A stretch of DNA of 27,449 nt from a bacterium (GTDB taxonomy: Bacteria > Sysuimicrobiota > Sysuimicrobiia > Sysuimicrobiales > Humicultoraceae): contig JBGQGY010000034.1 of NCBI GenBank assembly GCA_041497675.1, forward strand, positions 1-27,449, read 5' to 3'. The notes under the pieces are model-generated. The model was not told the DNA's origin. It saw only the letters and a list, made by a program, of their open reading frames with translations, and ran no database searches. Positions 1 through 10,261 of this stretch are shown here, piece after piece (positions within the stretch are counted from its first letter, which is position 1; every line of letters starts with the position of its first letter). Both the position numbers and the translations under genes were made by a program.

Positions 1-538
1 GCAATTGTTTGTGCGTCAGCACCTTTCCCGCGTGCGAGACCAAGACCTTTAGGACGTCGTACTCGATCGGCGTGAGCGAGAGGTCCTGTCCGCCGATCGT
101 CACCAGCCGCCGGGCCAGGTCCACCGTCAGGTCCCCCGCGGTGTAGACCGCGTCTCCGCTGGATGGCCCCAGGTGTCGCAGCGCCACCCGGATGCGGGCC
201 AGCAGCTCGCCCATGCCAAACGGCTTCGTCAGATAGTCGTCCGCGCCCGCATCCAGCGCCGCGATCTTGTCCTGTTCCATGCCGCGCGCCGAGAGCACGA
301 TGATCGGTACCTTGCTCCACTCCCTGACTCTCCGCGTGACCTCGACCCCGTCGACGTCGGGGAGCGCGAGATCCAGCACCATCACGTCGGGCCGCTCCAT
401 GGCCGTTGCCTGAATGGCCTGTTCGCCCGTCGAGGCCTCGAGCACGGTGAATCCTTGAGACGTCAGCGAGGTCCGCAGCAGCCGGCGGATCGGCGGTTCG
501 TCATCGACGACCAGGATACGCGGCTTGGGTTCGCTCAT
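1..538 (-). CDS. kdpE: KdpE response regulator (OmpR family), 3' end truncated by the window edge
   Basis: Not in the ORF track. Manual translation from ATG 538 gives MSEPKPRILVVDDEPPIRRLL...VLDLALPDVDG...PIIVLSAR...ALDAGADDYLTKPFGMGELLARIRVALR...LSLTPIEYDVL. It overlaps the kdpD end by 38 nt. Confidence 0.95.
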   Translation of the reverse strand, partial: MSEPKPRILVVDDEPPIRRLLRTSLTSQGFTVLEASTGEQAIQATAMERPDVMVLDLALPDVDGVEVTRRVREWSKVPIIVLSARGMEQDKIAALDAGADDYLTKPFGMGELLARIRVALRHLGPSSGDAVYTAGDLTVDLARRLVTIGGQDLSLTPIEYDVLKVLVSHAGKVLTHKQL

Positions 539-3227
539 CGGAGGCCTTCTCTGTCCCCTTTGGCAGGGGCGCCACGGCGAGCGCGATCGTCACCATGGTG
601 CCGCCCCCCGGCCGCGCCTCGGCCCAGATACGCCCGCCGTGCGCCTCAACAAACCCTTTCGCGATCGCCAGCCCCAAACCCACCCCGCCGGGCTCGCCCG
701 GCCGGCGGATCCGGTAGAACTTGTCGAAGACGCGCGCGAGTTCGACCTCCGGGATCCCAGGCCCTCGATCGGCCACCGTAATCCGAACCTCCGAGCCTTC
801 GACCGCGGCCCACAGCTCGACGGGACTGTCGGGAGGCGAATACTTGATGGCGTTGTCGACCAGATTGGCCAGCGCCTGCGTCATGGGCACGAAGTCGATC
901 AACACCATCGGCAGATCCGTGGGCACGTCAACGACGATCTCGCGCGTCCGCGTGGCTTCGGCGAGTTGCGCCAGCGTCGAGCCCACGAGGTCCGCCACGT
1001 CGAAGAATTCACGCCGCAGCGCGATCGCTCCCGCTTCGAGCCGGGTCATGTCGAGGAGGTTGCTCACCAGCCGCGCGAGCCGCTGCGCCTCCTGCTGGGC
1101 GGTCTCTAACAGATCGCGCTTCGCGGCATCGTCGAGTGACGCCTCTTGCTCGGTCAGGCTGCTGAGAGCCCCCACGATGGACGCCAACGGCGTGCGGAGA
1201 TCGTGTGAGATGGCGTTCAAGATAACGGTCTGCAACCGTTCGGTCTCGCGGGAGAGGTGCGCTTCGCGCGATTGCTCGGCCAGCTGCGCGCGCTCGATGG
1301 CCACGGCCGCCTGGCTGGCGAACGTCTCCATCAGTTGACGCTGCTCCGGGTTCAACCGGTCGCCGGGGATGGTGGGCCGCACCCCCATCACGCCCGTGAT
1401 GCCGCGGGCCGTTCGCAGGGGAAAGTACCGCGCGTTTGCGCCCGCGAGTGTTTCGGTGCCGTAGCCTGCCGGTTCGCCGTGATCGAACACCCACGTGGCC
1501 ACGGCGCGCTCGCTGTCATCCAGCGGGAACCCCGTACTGACCATACGCGCCTCCACGCCGCCGGGGCTCTGCAGGAAGACCGCGACCTGCCGGCTGAACG
1601 TGGCCGACACGTGGCGTTCAATGGCCCGTAGAATCGCGTCGAGGTCGCTCGCAGCCGCCAGCTCGCCGCTCAGCGCCTGGAGCGCCGCCGTGGACATCTC
1701 GCGGCGCCGCGCGGCATCCGCCTGGTCGCGCGTCCGGCTGGCGAGGCCGCCGATCACGAGGCCGACGATGAGCAGACCGGCGAACGAGAGCAGGTACTGC
1801 GTGTCGCTCACCGCAAACGTCAGTTCGGGCGGCACAAAGAAGAAGTCGAAGGCCAGTACGCTGAGGGTTGCGGCCAGAGCGGCCGGCCAGCGGCCCCACC
1901 GCAGCGCGACGACCACGACGCCAAGGAGGTACAGCATCGTAAGGTTTGCCGGCGCCAGCGTGTGCTGGACCAGCAGCCCGGCGAGGGTAACGAGCGCGAC
2001 CACCATCGCACTGTAGACGTAGTAGCGCCGCGGCGTCAGGCGTTCGACCGGCTCTGTGGGAGCGGTGGGTGCCGCCGCGGCGGCCGCGGCGCTGATCATG
2101 TAGACGTCGATCGCCCCGCAGCCCTTGACGACCTGATCCGCCACCGAGCTCCATAGCAGTCGCTTCCACCAGGGGCGTCGTGGCCTGCCTACGATGATCT
2201 TGGTGATGTTGTTGGCGCGTGCGTAGCGCAGGACTTCCTCTGCGACGTCGCTCCCGGCGACCGTCACCGTGCGCGCGCCGAGTTCTTCGGCGAGCCGCAG
2301 GGCGCGGTCGAGGTGTTGACGCTCCGCGTCCGGCAACGGCTGGCCGCCGGCCTGCTCGACGTGGAGCACGATCCACTCCGCGTCCAAACCCTCGGCCAGA
2401 CGACGCCCGCTGCGCACCAGACGCTCGGCCAGCATGCCCGGCCCAACACCCACCAGCACTCGCTCGCCGGCCGGCCACGGACCCGCGATCGCATGCGCGT
2501 CCATGTAGCTGCGCATCTGCGTATCCACGCGTCCGGCGAGGTAGCGCAGGGCCATCTCGCGCAGGGCCGTCAGGTTGCCGGGCCGGAAGAACTTCTCTAC
2601 CGCGCGGGTGGCCTGGTCGGGAACATACACCTTGCCTTCGTGTAGCCGCTCGATCAGTTCATCAGGAGTCAGGTCGACGAGTTTGATCTCGTCCGCGGTC
2701 TCGAGGACGTGGTCCGGGACGGTTTCTCGTACCTTGACGCCGGTGATCTGCGCCACCGTATCGTTGAAGCTCTCGATGTGCTGCACATTAAGGGTCGTGT
2801 AGACATCGATGCCGGCGGCGAGGAGCTCTTCAACATCTTGATATCGACGATTGTGGCGAGACCCCGGCGCGTTCGTGTGGGCCAGTTCGTCGACCAGCGC
2901 GATCGCCGGCCGCCGCGCGAGCACCGCGTCGAGATCCATCTCTTCGACCGTCGTGCCGCGATATTCGACCTTCTTCCTAGGGATGACGGGCAGACCGGCA
3001 AGCAGGGCTTCCGTTTCTTTGCGCCCGTGGGTCTCGATATAGGCCACGACCACGTCGATGCCTTCGGCCACGCGCTCGCGCCCCGCCTCGAGCATCGCAT
3101 ACGTCTTTCCGACGCCGGCGGCGAACCCAAGGAAGATCCTCAGCCGGCCGGCATGCCGCCGGCGCTCCTCAGCCTCTGCCTGCTTGAGCAGCGCCTCCGG
3201 GCTCGGACGCTCCGGTGTATTGGCCAT
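501..3227 (-). CDS. kdpD: KdpD sensor histidine kinase
   Basis: N-terminal KdpD domain (GFAAGVGKTYAML, LVDELAHTN), USP region, 4 TM segments, GAF-like region, H-box ISHDLRTPL, and HATPase boxes NLVDNAIKY and GVGLGLAIAK. Confidence 0.98.
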   Translation of the reverse strand: MANTPERPSPEALLKQAEAEERRRHAGRLRIFLGFAAGVGKTYAMLEAGRERVAEGIDVVVAYIETHGRKETEALLAGLPVIPRKKVEYRGTTVEEMDLDAVLARRPAIALVDELAHTNAPGSRHNRRYQDVEELLAAGIDVYTTLNVQHIESFNDTVAQITGVKVRETVPDHVLETADEIKLVDLTPDELIERLHEGKVYVPDQATRAVEKFFRPGNLTALREMALRYLAGRVDTQMRSYMDAHAIAGPWPAGERVLVGVGPGMLAERLVRSGRRLAEGLDAEWIVLHVEQAGGQPLPDAERQHLDRALRLAEELGARTVTVAGSDVAEEVLRYARANNITKIIVGRPRRPWWKRLLWSSVADQVVKGCGAIDVYMISAAAAAAAPTAPTEPVERLTPRRYYVYSAMVVALVTLAGLLVQHTLAPANLTMLYLLGVVVVALRWGRWPAALAATLSVLAFDFFFVPPELTFAVSDTQYLLSFAGLLIVGLVIGGLASRTRDQADAARRREMSTAALQALSGELAAASDLDAILRAIERHVSATFSRQVAVFLQSPGGVEARMVSTGFPLDDSERAVATWVFDHGEPAGYGTETLAGANARYFPLRTARGITGVMGVRPTIPGDRLNPEQRQLMETFASQAAVAIERAQLAEQSREAHLSRETERLQTVILNAISHDLRTPLASIVGALSSLTEQEASLDDAAKRDLLETAQQEAQRLARLVSNLLDMTRLEAGAIALRREFFDVADLVGSTLAQLAEATRTREIVVDVPTDLPMVLIDFVPMTQALANLVDNAIKYSPPDSPVELWAAVEGSEVRITVADRGPGIPEVELARVFDKFYRIRRPGEPGGVGLGLAIAKGFVEAHGGRIWAEARPGGGTMVTIALAVAPLPKGTEKASDERTQAAYPGRR

Positions 3228-3232
3228 ACACG

Positions 3233-3805
3233 CTATTTTACGCTATCAAGTGCAAGATTGAGCTCGAGGACTCGGACCCGCGCCTCCCCCAGGATGCCGA
3301 ACTGCCGCCCGTCCGTGAAGCGCTGAACCAGGCTGCGGACGCTCTCTTCGCTCATGCCGCGAACGCGGGCGACCCGACGGACTTGATACTCGGCCGCCGC
3401 TGGGCTGATGTGGGGATCCAGGCCGCTCCCGGACGCGGTCACGAGGTCGACGGGGATCGGCCCGGTCGCCTGTGGGTCGGCCGCGCGGAGCGCCGCGATC
3501 CGCTTGGTCACCGCCTCGCGGAGCGCCTTGCTCGTGGGTCCCAGGTTCGATCCGCTGGATGAAGCGGCATTGTACGGAGAGGGACCCGTCGCCGACGGCC
3601 GAGACCAGAAGTACTTCGGGTCGTCAAAGGGCTGTCCGATCAGCGTGGAGCCGACCGGGCTGCCGTTCCGCATGATGAGGCTGCCGCTCACCTGCGCCGG
3701 GAAGATGACCCGGGCGGCGAGCGTAACGGCCAGCGGATACAAGAGCCCGGTCAGGACGGTAAATACGAGCAACGCCATGATGGATGGACGCAGGTGCTGT
3801 CGCAT
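3233..3805 (-). CDS. kdpC: K+-transporting ATPase subunit C
   Basis: N-terminal TM; motifs GSTLIGQPF, YFWSRPSA, SSGSNLGP and DLVTASGSGLDPHIS; GGAGG RBS upstream. Confidence 0.97.
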   Translation of the reverse strand: MRQHLRPSIMALLVFTVLTGLLYPLAVTLAARVIFPAQVSGSLIMRNGSPVGSTLIGQPFDDPKYFWSRPSATGPSPYNAASSSGSNLGPTSKALREAVTKRIAALRAADPQATGPIPVDLVTASGSGLDPHISPAAAEYQVRRVARVRGMSEESVRSLVQRFTDGRQFGILGEARVRVLELNLALDSVK

Positions 3806-4070
3806 GACTCATCGACCTCCGTGTTTCGACGCGATCAAGCGGGATAGTCAGAGATGCTGTCGGCCGCCCAGCAGCCAGGGCGGCCGCGTTCATCCGCACC
3901 CACACGAACAGCCAGCCGCAGGTGACGAACCACGCCACGAGGTCCAGCGCGTGCGCCGCGCCTGAAGAGATGACAGCCGATTGCCGCAAGAAGGCCGGAA
4001 TGAGCGGAACCAGGCAGACGGGATAGAGTAGCCACCAACGGGGCGACGGTGTGATATCGATTGCGCGCAT
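3624..4070 (-). CDS. Small 2-TM hypothetical membrane protein between kdpB and kdpC; 3' end uncertain (possible frameshift)
   Basis: ATG lies 14 nt after the kdpB stop with a GAGGG RBS. It has two hydrophobic segments (WWLLYPVCLVPLIPAFL and LDLVAWFVTCGWLFVWV). It fills the ~280-nt kdpB-kdpC gap but reads 182 nt into kdpC out of frame. Confidence 0.6.
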   Translation of the reverse strand: MRAIDITPSPRWWLLYPVCLVPLIPAFLRQSAVISSGAAHALDLVAWFVTCGWLFVWVRMNAAALAAGRPTASLTIPLDRVETRRSMSHATAPASIHHGVARIYRPDRALVSAGRYARRPGHLPGAGERQPHHAERQPGRLHADRTAL

Positions 4071-4084
4071 CTAGGTCCCTCGTC

Positions 4085-6175
4085 TCACCGCGCCATACCT
4101 GAGACAACCAGGAGGACGTCGATCAGCTTGATGCCGATGAACGGCGCGATGACGCCGCCCACGCCGTAGATGAGAATGTTGTCCCGCAAGACCTGCGCCG
4201 CGCCGACGGGTCGGTAGCGGATCCCGCGGAGGGCGAGGGGGATCAACGCGACGATGATCAGGGCGTTGAAAATCACGGCTGAGAGGATCGCGCTTTGGGG
4301 GGTGGCCAGGTGCATGAAATTGAGCACGTTCAGCACGGGATAGGTTGCGGCGAACATCGCCGGGATGATGGCGAAGTACTTCGCGACGTCGTTGGCGATG
4401 CTGAATGTCGTGAGGGCGCCGCGCGTCATCAACAGCTGCTTGCCGATTTCCACGACCTCGATCAGTTTGGTCGGGTTGCTGTCGAGATCGACCATGTTCG
4501 CAGCTTCGCGGGCGGGCTGCGTGCCGGTGTTCATCGCGACGGCCACATCGGCCTGGGCAAGCGCCGGCGCGTCGTTGGTGCCGTCGCCCGTCATCGCGAC
4601 GAGGTGGCCATCGGCCTGGTACTTGCGGATCATCTTGAGCTTCTCTTCGGGCGTGGCTTGGGCTAGGAAGTCGTCGACGCCGGCTTCTGCCGCAATCGCC
4701 GCGGCCGTCAGCGGGTTGTCCCCGGTGATCATCGCGGTGCGGATGCCCATACGCCGGAGCTGCGCAAACCGCTCGCGGATGCCGCCCTTCACGATGTCCT
4801 TGAGGTGGATCACGCCGACAAGATCGGCATTGTGCGCCACGCCAAGCGGGGTACCACCCGATCGCCCGATGCGTTCGACGACCACTTCAAAGTCAGGCGG
4901 GATGACCCCGCCCAGCGACCGCACGTGTGCCACGATCGCGTCGGGTGCGCCCTTGCGGATCCGTTCTCCGTCGAGATCCACCCCGCTCATGCGTGTCTGC
5001 GCAGTGAACGGCACGAACCGCGCGCCGTGTGGAGTCTCTGGGCCCGACCCCACGGTTCGTTCGCGCAGCCCGTACTGTTCTTTCGTCAGCACGACGATGC
5101 TCCGCCCCTCAGGCGTTTCGTCCGCCAGCGAAGCCAGCTGGCTCCATTCGGCGAGTCGCCGCGCGTCGGTCCCGCTAAGAGGAATGAGCTCCACGGCCTG
5201 CCGGTTGCCGAGCGTGATCGTTCCGGTTTTGTCCAGCAGCAGGACGTCCACGTCGCCGGCCGCTTCCACCGCGCGTCCGGACGTCGCGATCACGTTGCGC
5301 CGGATCATGCGGTCCATGCCCGCGATCCCGATGGCGCTCAACAGTGCGCCGATGGTTGTCGGGATCAGACACACGAGCAGTGCCACCAAGACCGTGATGG
5401 TCGCCGCGCGCCCCTGGCCGGCCGCCGCCACGCTGTAGGCGGACATGGGCAGCAGGGTGGCGCAGACGAGCAGGAAGATGATCGTGAACCCGGCCAGCAG
5501 GATGTTCAGCGCAATCTCGTTTGGCGTTTTCTGCCGCTTCGCGCCCTCGATGAGGCGGATCATTCTATCGAGGAAGCCTTCGCCCGGGTTGGCCGTGACG
5601 CGCACGATCAGCCAATCGGACAGCACACGGGTGCTCCCCGTCACCGCGCTGCGATCCCCTCCGGACTCGCGGATGACGGGCGCACTTTCACCGGTTACGG
5701 CGCTTTCGTCAACCGACGCGATGCCTTCGATAACCTCGCCGTCCGCAGGGATGAAGTCGCCGGCCTCCACCAGGACGACGTCGTTCTGCCGCAATTGCGC
5801 CGAGGACACGGTCTCCATAGGCGCTCCGCGCTCGGGCCGGCGCAACCTCTTTGCCATGGTCTCCCGACGCATACGCCTCAGCGCTTCCGCCTGCGCCTTC
5901 CCGCGGCCCTCGGCGACGGCTTCGGCGAAGTTCGCGAACAAGACGGTGAACCACAACCACACGGCCACCCAACCGATGAAACCGGCCGGCTCCTCGCCAC
6001 GACCCCCAAGCGCCTGAACGAACAGCAGCGTGGTCAACACACTGCCGACCTCGACCACAAACATCACCGGGTTTCGGAGCTGCACGCGCGGGTCGAGCTT
6101 CGCGAAGGCATCGATGACCGCACGGCGGAGCAGTCCCGCCGGATACGCCGATCGCCGCACTGACTGAGTCGCCAT
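4085..6175 (-). CDS. kdpB: K+-transporting P-type ATPase subunit B
   Basis: TGES, DKTGT phosphorylation motif, [20 protein letters not shown] and [19 protein letters not shown]. Confidence 0.99.
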   Translation of the reverse strand: MATQSVRRSAYPAGLLRRAVIDAFAKLDPRVQLRNPVMFVVEVGSVLTTLLFVQALGGRGEEPAGFIGWVAVWLWFTVLFANFAEAVAEGRGKAQAEALRRMRRETMAKRLRRPERGAPMETVSSAQLRQNDVVLVEAGDFIPADGEVIEGIASVDESAVTGESAPVIRESGGDRSAVTGSTRVLSDWLIVRVTANPGEGFLDRMIRLIEGAKRQKTPNEIALNILLAGFTIIFLLVCATLLPMSAYSVAAAGQGRAATITVLVALLVCLIPTTIGALLSAIGIAGMDRMIRRNVIATSGRAVEAAGDVDVLLLDKTGTITLGNRQAVELIPLSGTDARRLAEWSQLASLADETPEGRSIVVLTKEQYGLRERTVGSGPETPHGARFVPFTAQTRMSGVDLDGERIRKGAPDAIVAHVRSLGGVIPPDFEVVVERIGRSGGTPLGVAHNADLVGVIHLKDIVKGGIRERFAQLRRMGIRTAMITGDNPLTAAAIAAEAGVDDFLAQATPEEKLKMIRKYQADGHLVAMTGDGTNDAPALAQADVAVAMNTGTQPAREAANMVDLDSNPTKLIEVVEIGKQLLMTRGALTTFSIANDVAKYFAIIPAMFAATYPVLNVLNFMHLATPQSAILSAVIFNALIIVALIPLALRGIRYRPVGAAQVLRDNILIYGVGGVIAPFIGIKLIDVLLVVSGMAR

Positions 6176-6185
6176 CTTCGTCCTC

Positions 6186-7940
6186 CTAGAACCCGATACC
6201 GCGGGCTAGCAGCAGGTGCTCGACGATCGGTCCCAACGCGAGCGCCGGGATGAAGCTCAGCGCCCCGACGACCAGGACCACCCCGATCAGCCAAAAGACG
6301 AACAACGGTGTGTGCGTCGGCAGCGTGCCGGCGCCGACGGGGATCCGCTTCTTGGCTGCGAGCGACCCGGCAATCGCCAGCGCCGGGATCGCCAGCCAGA
6401 ACCGCGCAAAGAGCATCACCAACCCGCCGACGATGTTGTAGAAGGGCACGTTCGCGTTCAACCCGGCGAAGGCGCTGCCGTTGTTGTTGCTCATCGATGA
6501 AAACGTATAGAGGATCTCGCTGAACCCGTGCGGCCCCGGGTTGAGCACGCTCGCGCGTCCGGCGGCCGTGGCCACAGCAAGCGCGGTGGCCCCCAGCACC
6601 AGCGCCACGGGGATCAGGATCATCAACGAGGCCATCTTCATCTCATAGGCCTCGATCTTCTTGCCGAGATACTCGGGCGTCCGGCCGACCATGAGGCCGG
6701 CAACAAACACGGCGACGATGACAAAGGCGAGCATCCCGTACAGCCCGGAGCCCACGCCGCCGTAGATCACCTCGCCGAGCTGCATCATCCACATCGGGAT
6801 CAACCCGCCGAGCGGCGTGAACGAATCGTGCATGGAGTTCACCGAGCCGTTGGAGGCCGACGTGGTCGCGGTGGCCCACAGCGCCGAGTTGGTGATGCCA
6901 AAACGGACGTCCTTGCCCTCCATGTTGCCACCGGCCTGGACCGAGCTGGCCGTCTGATCGGCACCGGCCGCGGCCAGCGCCGGGCTGCCGCGCTGCTCCT
7001 GGACCACGGCGACGGCCAGGGTTCCGATGAAGACGACCGTCATCGCCGCCAGGATCGCCCATCCCTGCCGCGTGTCACCCACCATCACGCCGAACGTGTA
7101 ACAGAGGGCCGCCGAGATCACTAGGATCGCCAGGACCTCCAGGAAGTTGGACCAGGGGGTGGGATTCTCGAACGGGTGGGCGGAGTTGACGTTGAAGAAT
7201 CCGCCGCCGTTCGTCCCGAGCTGCTTGATGGCGATCTGCGACGCGGCCGGACCCACGGCGATGACCTGCTCGGTCACCGGCTTGCCGTCGGCATCCTTGG
7301 TCGCCTGGACGAGCGGAACGGTCTGATAGCCGCGGAAGGTCTGCACAACCCCCTGGGATACCAGCGCCAGCGCCATCACGAAGGCCAACGGGATCAAGAT
7401 GTACAGTACGGTGCGCGTCAGATCGACCCAGAAGTTGCCGATGGTCTTGGTCGTATGACGCGCCAGCCCCCGGATGAATGCCACCAGGACGGCCATCCCC
7501 GCGGCCGCGGAGATGAAGTTCTCCTTCGCCAGGGCGGCCATCTGCGTCAGGTAGCTCATCGTGGACTCGCCGCCGTATGACTGCCAGTTCGTATTTGTGG
7601 CGAAGGACGCCGCGGTATTGAACGACAGGTCGGGCGGGACCGCGCCAAGCCCGGCAGGGTTGAGCGGAAGGATCGCCTGCAGCCGCTGGAAGGCGTACGT
7701 CATGAACAGCCCGGCGATACTGAAGACCATGAAGGCCCCGGCGTAGGCATGCCAGCTCATTTCGGCCGCCGGATCCACGCCGATCATTCGGTACAACCAC
7801 CGCTCCACCGGCCGGAGCACACGGTCCAACGAGGTCCGTTCGCCCATATACACCCGTGCCATGTAGGCGCCGAGAGGCTTCGCCAGGGCCAGCAGCACGA
7901 CCAGGTACAGTACCAGTTGAAGAATGCCATTTGTCGTCAT
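6186..7940 (-). CDS. kdpA: K+-transporting ATPase subunit A
   Basis: Four selectivity-filter motifs NTNWQ, GTNGGG, ASNGS and [17 protein letters not shown]. Start placed at ATG 7940, which overlaps the kdpF stop (ATGA). Confidence 0.99.
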   Translation of the reverse strand: MTTNGILQLVLYLVVLLALAKPLGAYMARVYMGERTSLDRVLRPVERWLYRMIGVDPAAEMSWHAYAGAFMVFSIAGLFMTYAFQRLQAILPLNPAGLGAVPPDLSFNTAASFATNTNWQSYGGESTMSYLTQMAALAKENFISAAAGMAVLVAFIRGLARHTTKTIGNFWVDLTRTVLYILIPLAFVMALALVSQGVVQTFRGYQTVPLVQATKDADGKPVTEQVIAVGPAASQIAIKQLGTNGGGFFNVNSAHPFENPTPWSNFLEVLAILVISAALCYTFGVMVGDTRQGWAILAAMTVVFIGTLAVAVVQEQRGSPALAAAGADQTASSVQAGGNMEGKDVRFGITNSALWATATTSASNGSVNSMHDSFTPLGGLIPMWMMQLGEVIYGGVGSGLYGMLAFVIVAVFVAGLMVGRTPEYLGKKIEAYEMKMASLMILIPVALVLGATALAVATAAGRASVLNPGPHGFSEILYTFSSMSNNNGSAFAGLNANVPFYNIVGGLVMLFARFWLAIPALAIAGSLAAKKRIPVGAGTLPTHTPLFVFWLIGVVLVVGALSFIPALALGPIVEHLLLARGIGF

Positions 7941-8020
7941 GCGAACCACTCCGGCCTGAGCAAGGCCGCGACGAGATAGACGAGCAACAGCACGGTCAAC
8001 ACGCCTGCGATGGCGATCAT
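7937..8020 (-). CDS. kdpF: KdpF small subunit (27 aa)
   Basis: Manual translation [27 protein letters not shown] has the YL..ALL.PE.F KdpF signature and is translationally coupled to kdpA. Confidence 0.93.
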   Translation of the reverse strand: MIAIAGVLTVLLLVYLVAALLRPEWFA

Positions 8021-8024
8021 GACC

Positions 8025-8117
8025 TTATGACCCCCTCAGACGTTCGAAGCCCGAAATGAGCCACATGCTGGCCAGTAAGAACACCACGGATAAGACGAGA
8101 AGTCCAAGATCATACAT
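8025..8117 (-). CDS. Small single-TM peptide (30 aa) upstream of kdpF
   Basis: Manual translation MYDLGLLVLSVVFLLASMWLISGFERLRGS; strong GGAGGAG RBS just upstream; stop is 4 nt before the kdpF ATG; first gene after the promoter. Confidence 0.85.
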   Translation of the reverse strand: MYDLGLLVLSVVFLLASMWLISGFERLRGS

Positions 8118-8145
8118 GCGCTGCTCCTCCCGCTGAAGAATCCCA

Positions 8146-8217
8146 TAGAAATTCTAACCCTCGGAGGCGTCAAGCCCCCCGCAAGAACGCCCGTCAGGCT
8201 GTCAAGGAATCGTCAAG
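8146..8217 (-). promoter_or_regulatory. kdp operon promoter with four phased CTTG(AC) direct repeats (putative KdpE sites) and TAGAAT -10 at 8151-8156
   Basis: Minus strand reads CTTGACgattcCTTGACagcc...ttCTTGcggggggCTTGACgcctccgagggtTAGAAT. Repeat starts are spaced 11/21/11 nt. A co-linear second copy lies at 10400-10471. Confidence 0.8.
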
Positions 8218-8239
8218 GCGGCGAATGTGACTGGGGTGG

Positions 8240-10261
8240 CTAGCCTTCAGGGGGAGAAGTTCCGGCGTCCCGCGCCCGGTCCACCGGTGCCGTAGTATTC
8301 TCCGCTCCGAGGACCGCCTCCACGATCGGTTCTGGCGCCTCGGGGTGGAGCGGATAGGCCACGTCCGTGACGACGACCATGGGGATATCCTGCAGGGCCA
8401 GCTTGAAAATGATCGTCGTATTCTGGTGGAGCGCCTGCTCAATCACGTTATCCATCAGGATCTGCGACATGATGATGTGAATGAAGGCATCGGGATGCTC
8501 CGCGCGCAGGCGCACGACGTACTGGCGGATCGGGCTGACCATGTCGCGGTACGGCGACGGGAGCGTCACCAGCGAGTCATTCGGAAAGAATCGCTGCCAT
8601 TTACGGCGGACCTCCGCCGCCTTGTCGTCGTCGGTTGCAACGTGAACGGCGACCCACCGGAATCCGAGGGATCGGACGAACTGGATCTGACGGAGCGCCG
8701 CGGCGTGCACGTTCGAAATCAACACGAGGTGAATGATGGGTACCGGCGGGGGCGGACCGGTGAGGTCGCCGACGCTTAGCCGGCGGCGGACTTCCTGATA
8801 GTGATGATGGATGCCGAAGAAGATCCACACCAACGTGGGGATGAGAATGACGACGATCCACGCGCCCTGAACGAACTTGGTCACCGCGAAGACGATCATG
8901 ACGAGCGTCGTAAGCAGCGCCCCGAAGCCGTTGAGCGCCTGTTTGGTACGCCACTGCGGATCGTATTTGAGGACGGACCCTTTCGTCTCGATGACCTCGT
9001 CCGGCCCTAGGCGTCCGATCTTCTGCCAGCGCACCACCATTCCGGTCTGCGACATCGTAAACGAGAGAAACACGCCGATCGCGTACAAGGGTATGAGTTG
9101 CGACACCTCCGCGTGGAATACGATGACCAGCAGACACGAGACCGCGGCGAGCGCGACGATCCCCCACGAGAACACCAGGCGGCTCCCTCGGTAAGTCAGC
9201 TGGCGCGGCAGGAACCCGTCCCCGGCGTGCAGCGCGCAAAGCCGCGGGAAGTCAGCGAATGACGTGTTGGCTGCGAGAATCAGGATGATCGTCGTTGCGA
9301 CCAGGGTGACCAGGTGGAGGACCCCCGGACCGTAGATCGTCCTGGCCAGTTGCGAGATCACGGTTTCATTGGGCACAGGCAGCGCGTGCACGTGATGGGC
9401 CAACACGGTGACCCCCACGAACGTCGTACCGATCAAGGCGCTCATCCACGCCATGGTGGCCGCGGCGTTTCGGCTCTTGGGTTCGCTGAAGGCGGTGATC
9501 CCGTTGCTAATGGCTTCGGTTCCCGTGACCGCCACGGCGCCGCTGCTGAACGCCCGCAGGAGCAGGAAGAGGGTGAAGGGCTGAAAGGTGGCGCTTTCCA
9601 GTTGCACGCCGGTGACCTGCAGCAGCTGCCCCGTAGAGAGTTGGTAGAAGCCGACGGCCAGCATCCCCAGAATCATCACCACAAAGAAATAGGTAGGGAT
9701 GGCGAAGAACGTCCCGGACTCGCGCACGCCTCTGAGATTCACCAGCATCATGAACACGACGAGCGCGACCGATGCCTCGACGCGCCAGGGGGCGAGCGCG
9801 GGAAAGGCCGACACGATCTGGGCCACGCCAGACGAGATACTGACCGAGACGGTCAGGATGTAGTCGGTAAGGAGGGCGGCCCCGGCGGTCTGGGCGGGCC
9901 CTTCGCCCAGATTGTCGCGCGCGACGATGTAGGCTCCGCCGCCGCTCGGATACGCGAAGATGGTCTGCCGATACGAGACAGTGAGCACGATGAGCAACAG
10001 CGAAATGGCGATGGAGATCGGAATAGAGAGGCCGAAATAGGCGGTGCCGGCCAGAGCGAGGACGATGAGGATCTCTTCCGTCGCATACGCGACCGAGGAG
10101 AGCACGTCCGACCCGAAGACGGCGAGCCCCACAGACTTGCCCACCGTCTGGTGCGGCATTTCATCGGTAGGGAGGGGCGGTCCCAAGAGAAGCCGGCGCA
10201 GCGACCGTCGCGGCATCGACCATCTGGCCAATGGCCGCTGCGCCCATCGCCCGCGAAGCAT
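8240..10261 (-). CDS. kimA: APC-superfamily K+ importer, KimA/YdaO type
   Basis: Motifs LRRLLLGPPL, SDVLSSVAYATEEIL, SYRQTIFAYPSGGGAYIV, DYILTVSVS, TGTEAISNG and LIPLYAIGVF resemble B. subtilis KimA; C-terminal cytoplasmic domain present. Start ATG 10261 has an AGGA RBS; alternatives are 10216 and 10294. Confidence 0.88.
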   Translation of the reverse strand: MLRGRWAQRPLARWSMPRRSLRRLLLGPPLPTDEMPHQTVGKSVGLAVFGSDVLSSVAYATEEILIVLALAGTAYFGLSIPISIAISLLLIVLTVSYRQTIFAYPSGGGAYIVARDNLGEGPAQTAGAALLTDYILTVSVSISSGVAQIVSAFPALAPWRVEASVALVVFMMLVNLRGVRESGTFFAIPTYFFVVMILGMLAVGFYQLSTGQLLQVTGVQLESATFQPFTLFLLLRAFSSGAVAVTGTEAISNGITAFSEPKSRNAAATMAWMSALIGTTFVGVTVLAHHVHALPVPNETVISQLARTIYGPGVLHLVTLVATTIILILAANTSFADFPRLCALHAGDGFLPRQLTYRGSRLVFSWGIVALAAVSCLLVIVFHAEVSQLIPLYAIGVFLSFTMSQTGMVVRWQKIGRLGPDEVIETKGSVLKYDPQWRTKQALNGFGALLTTLVMIVFAVTKFVQGAWIVVILIPTLVWIFFGIHHHYQEVRRRLSVGDLTGPPPPVPIIHLVLISNVHAAALRQIQFVRSLGFRWVAVHVATDDDKAAEVRRKWQRFFPNDSLVTLPSPYRDMVSPIRQYVVRLRAEHPDAFIHIIMSQILMDNVIEQALHQNTTIIFKLALQDIPMVVVTDVAYPLHPEAPEPIVEAVLGAENTTAPVDRARDAGTSPPEG

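Noticed and set aside
2380..2470. c-di-AMP-binding motif in the KdpD USP domain
   Set aside because: The S. aureus SxS-x20-FTAxY motif is not present (the region reads VGVGPG…WIVLHV).
3835..4107. 90-aa alternative-frame ORF between kdpB and kdpC
   Set aside because: It starts inside kdpB without an RBS and lacks the TM pattern of the frame starting at 4070.
8167..8217. TTGACA/TTGACG hexamers as simple -35 boxes of the kdp promoter
   Set aside because: The nearest is only 11 nt from TAGAAT, and they recur with helical phasing, which fits regulator boxes better.
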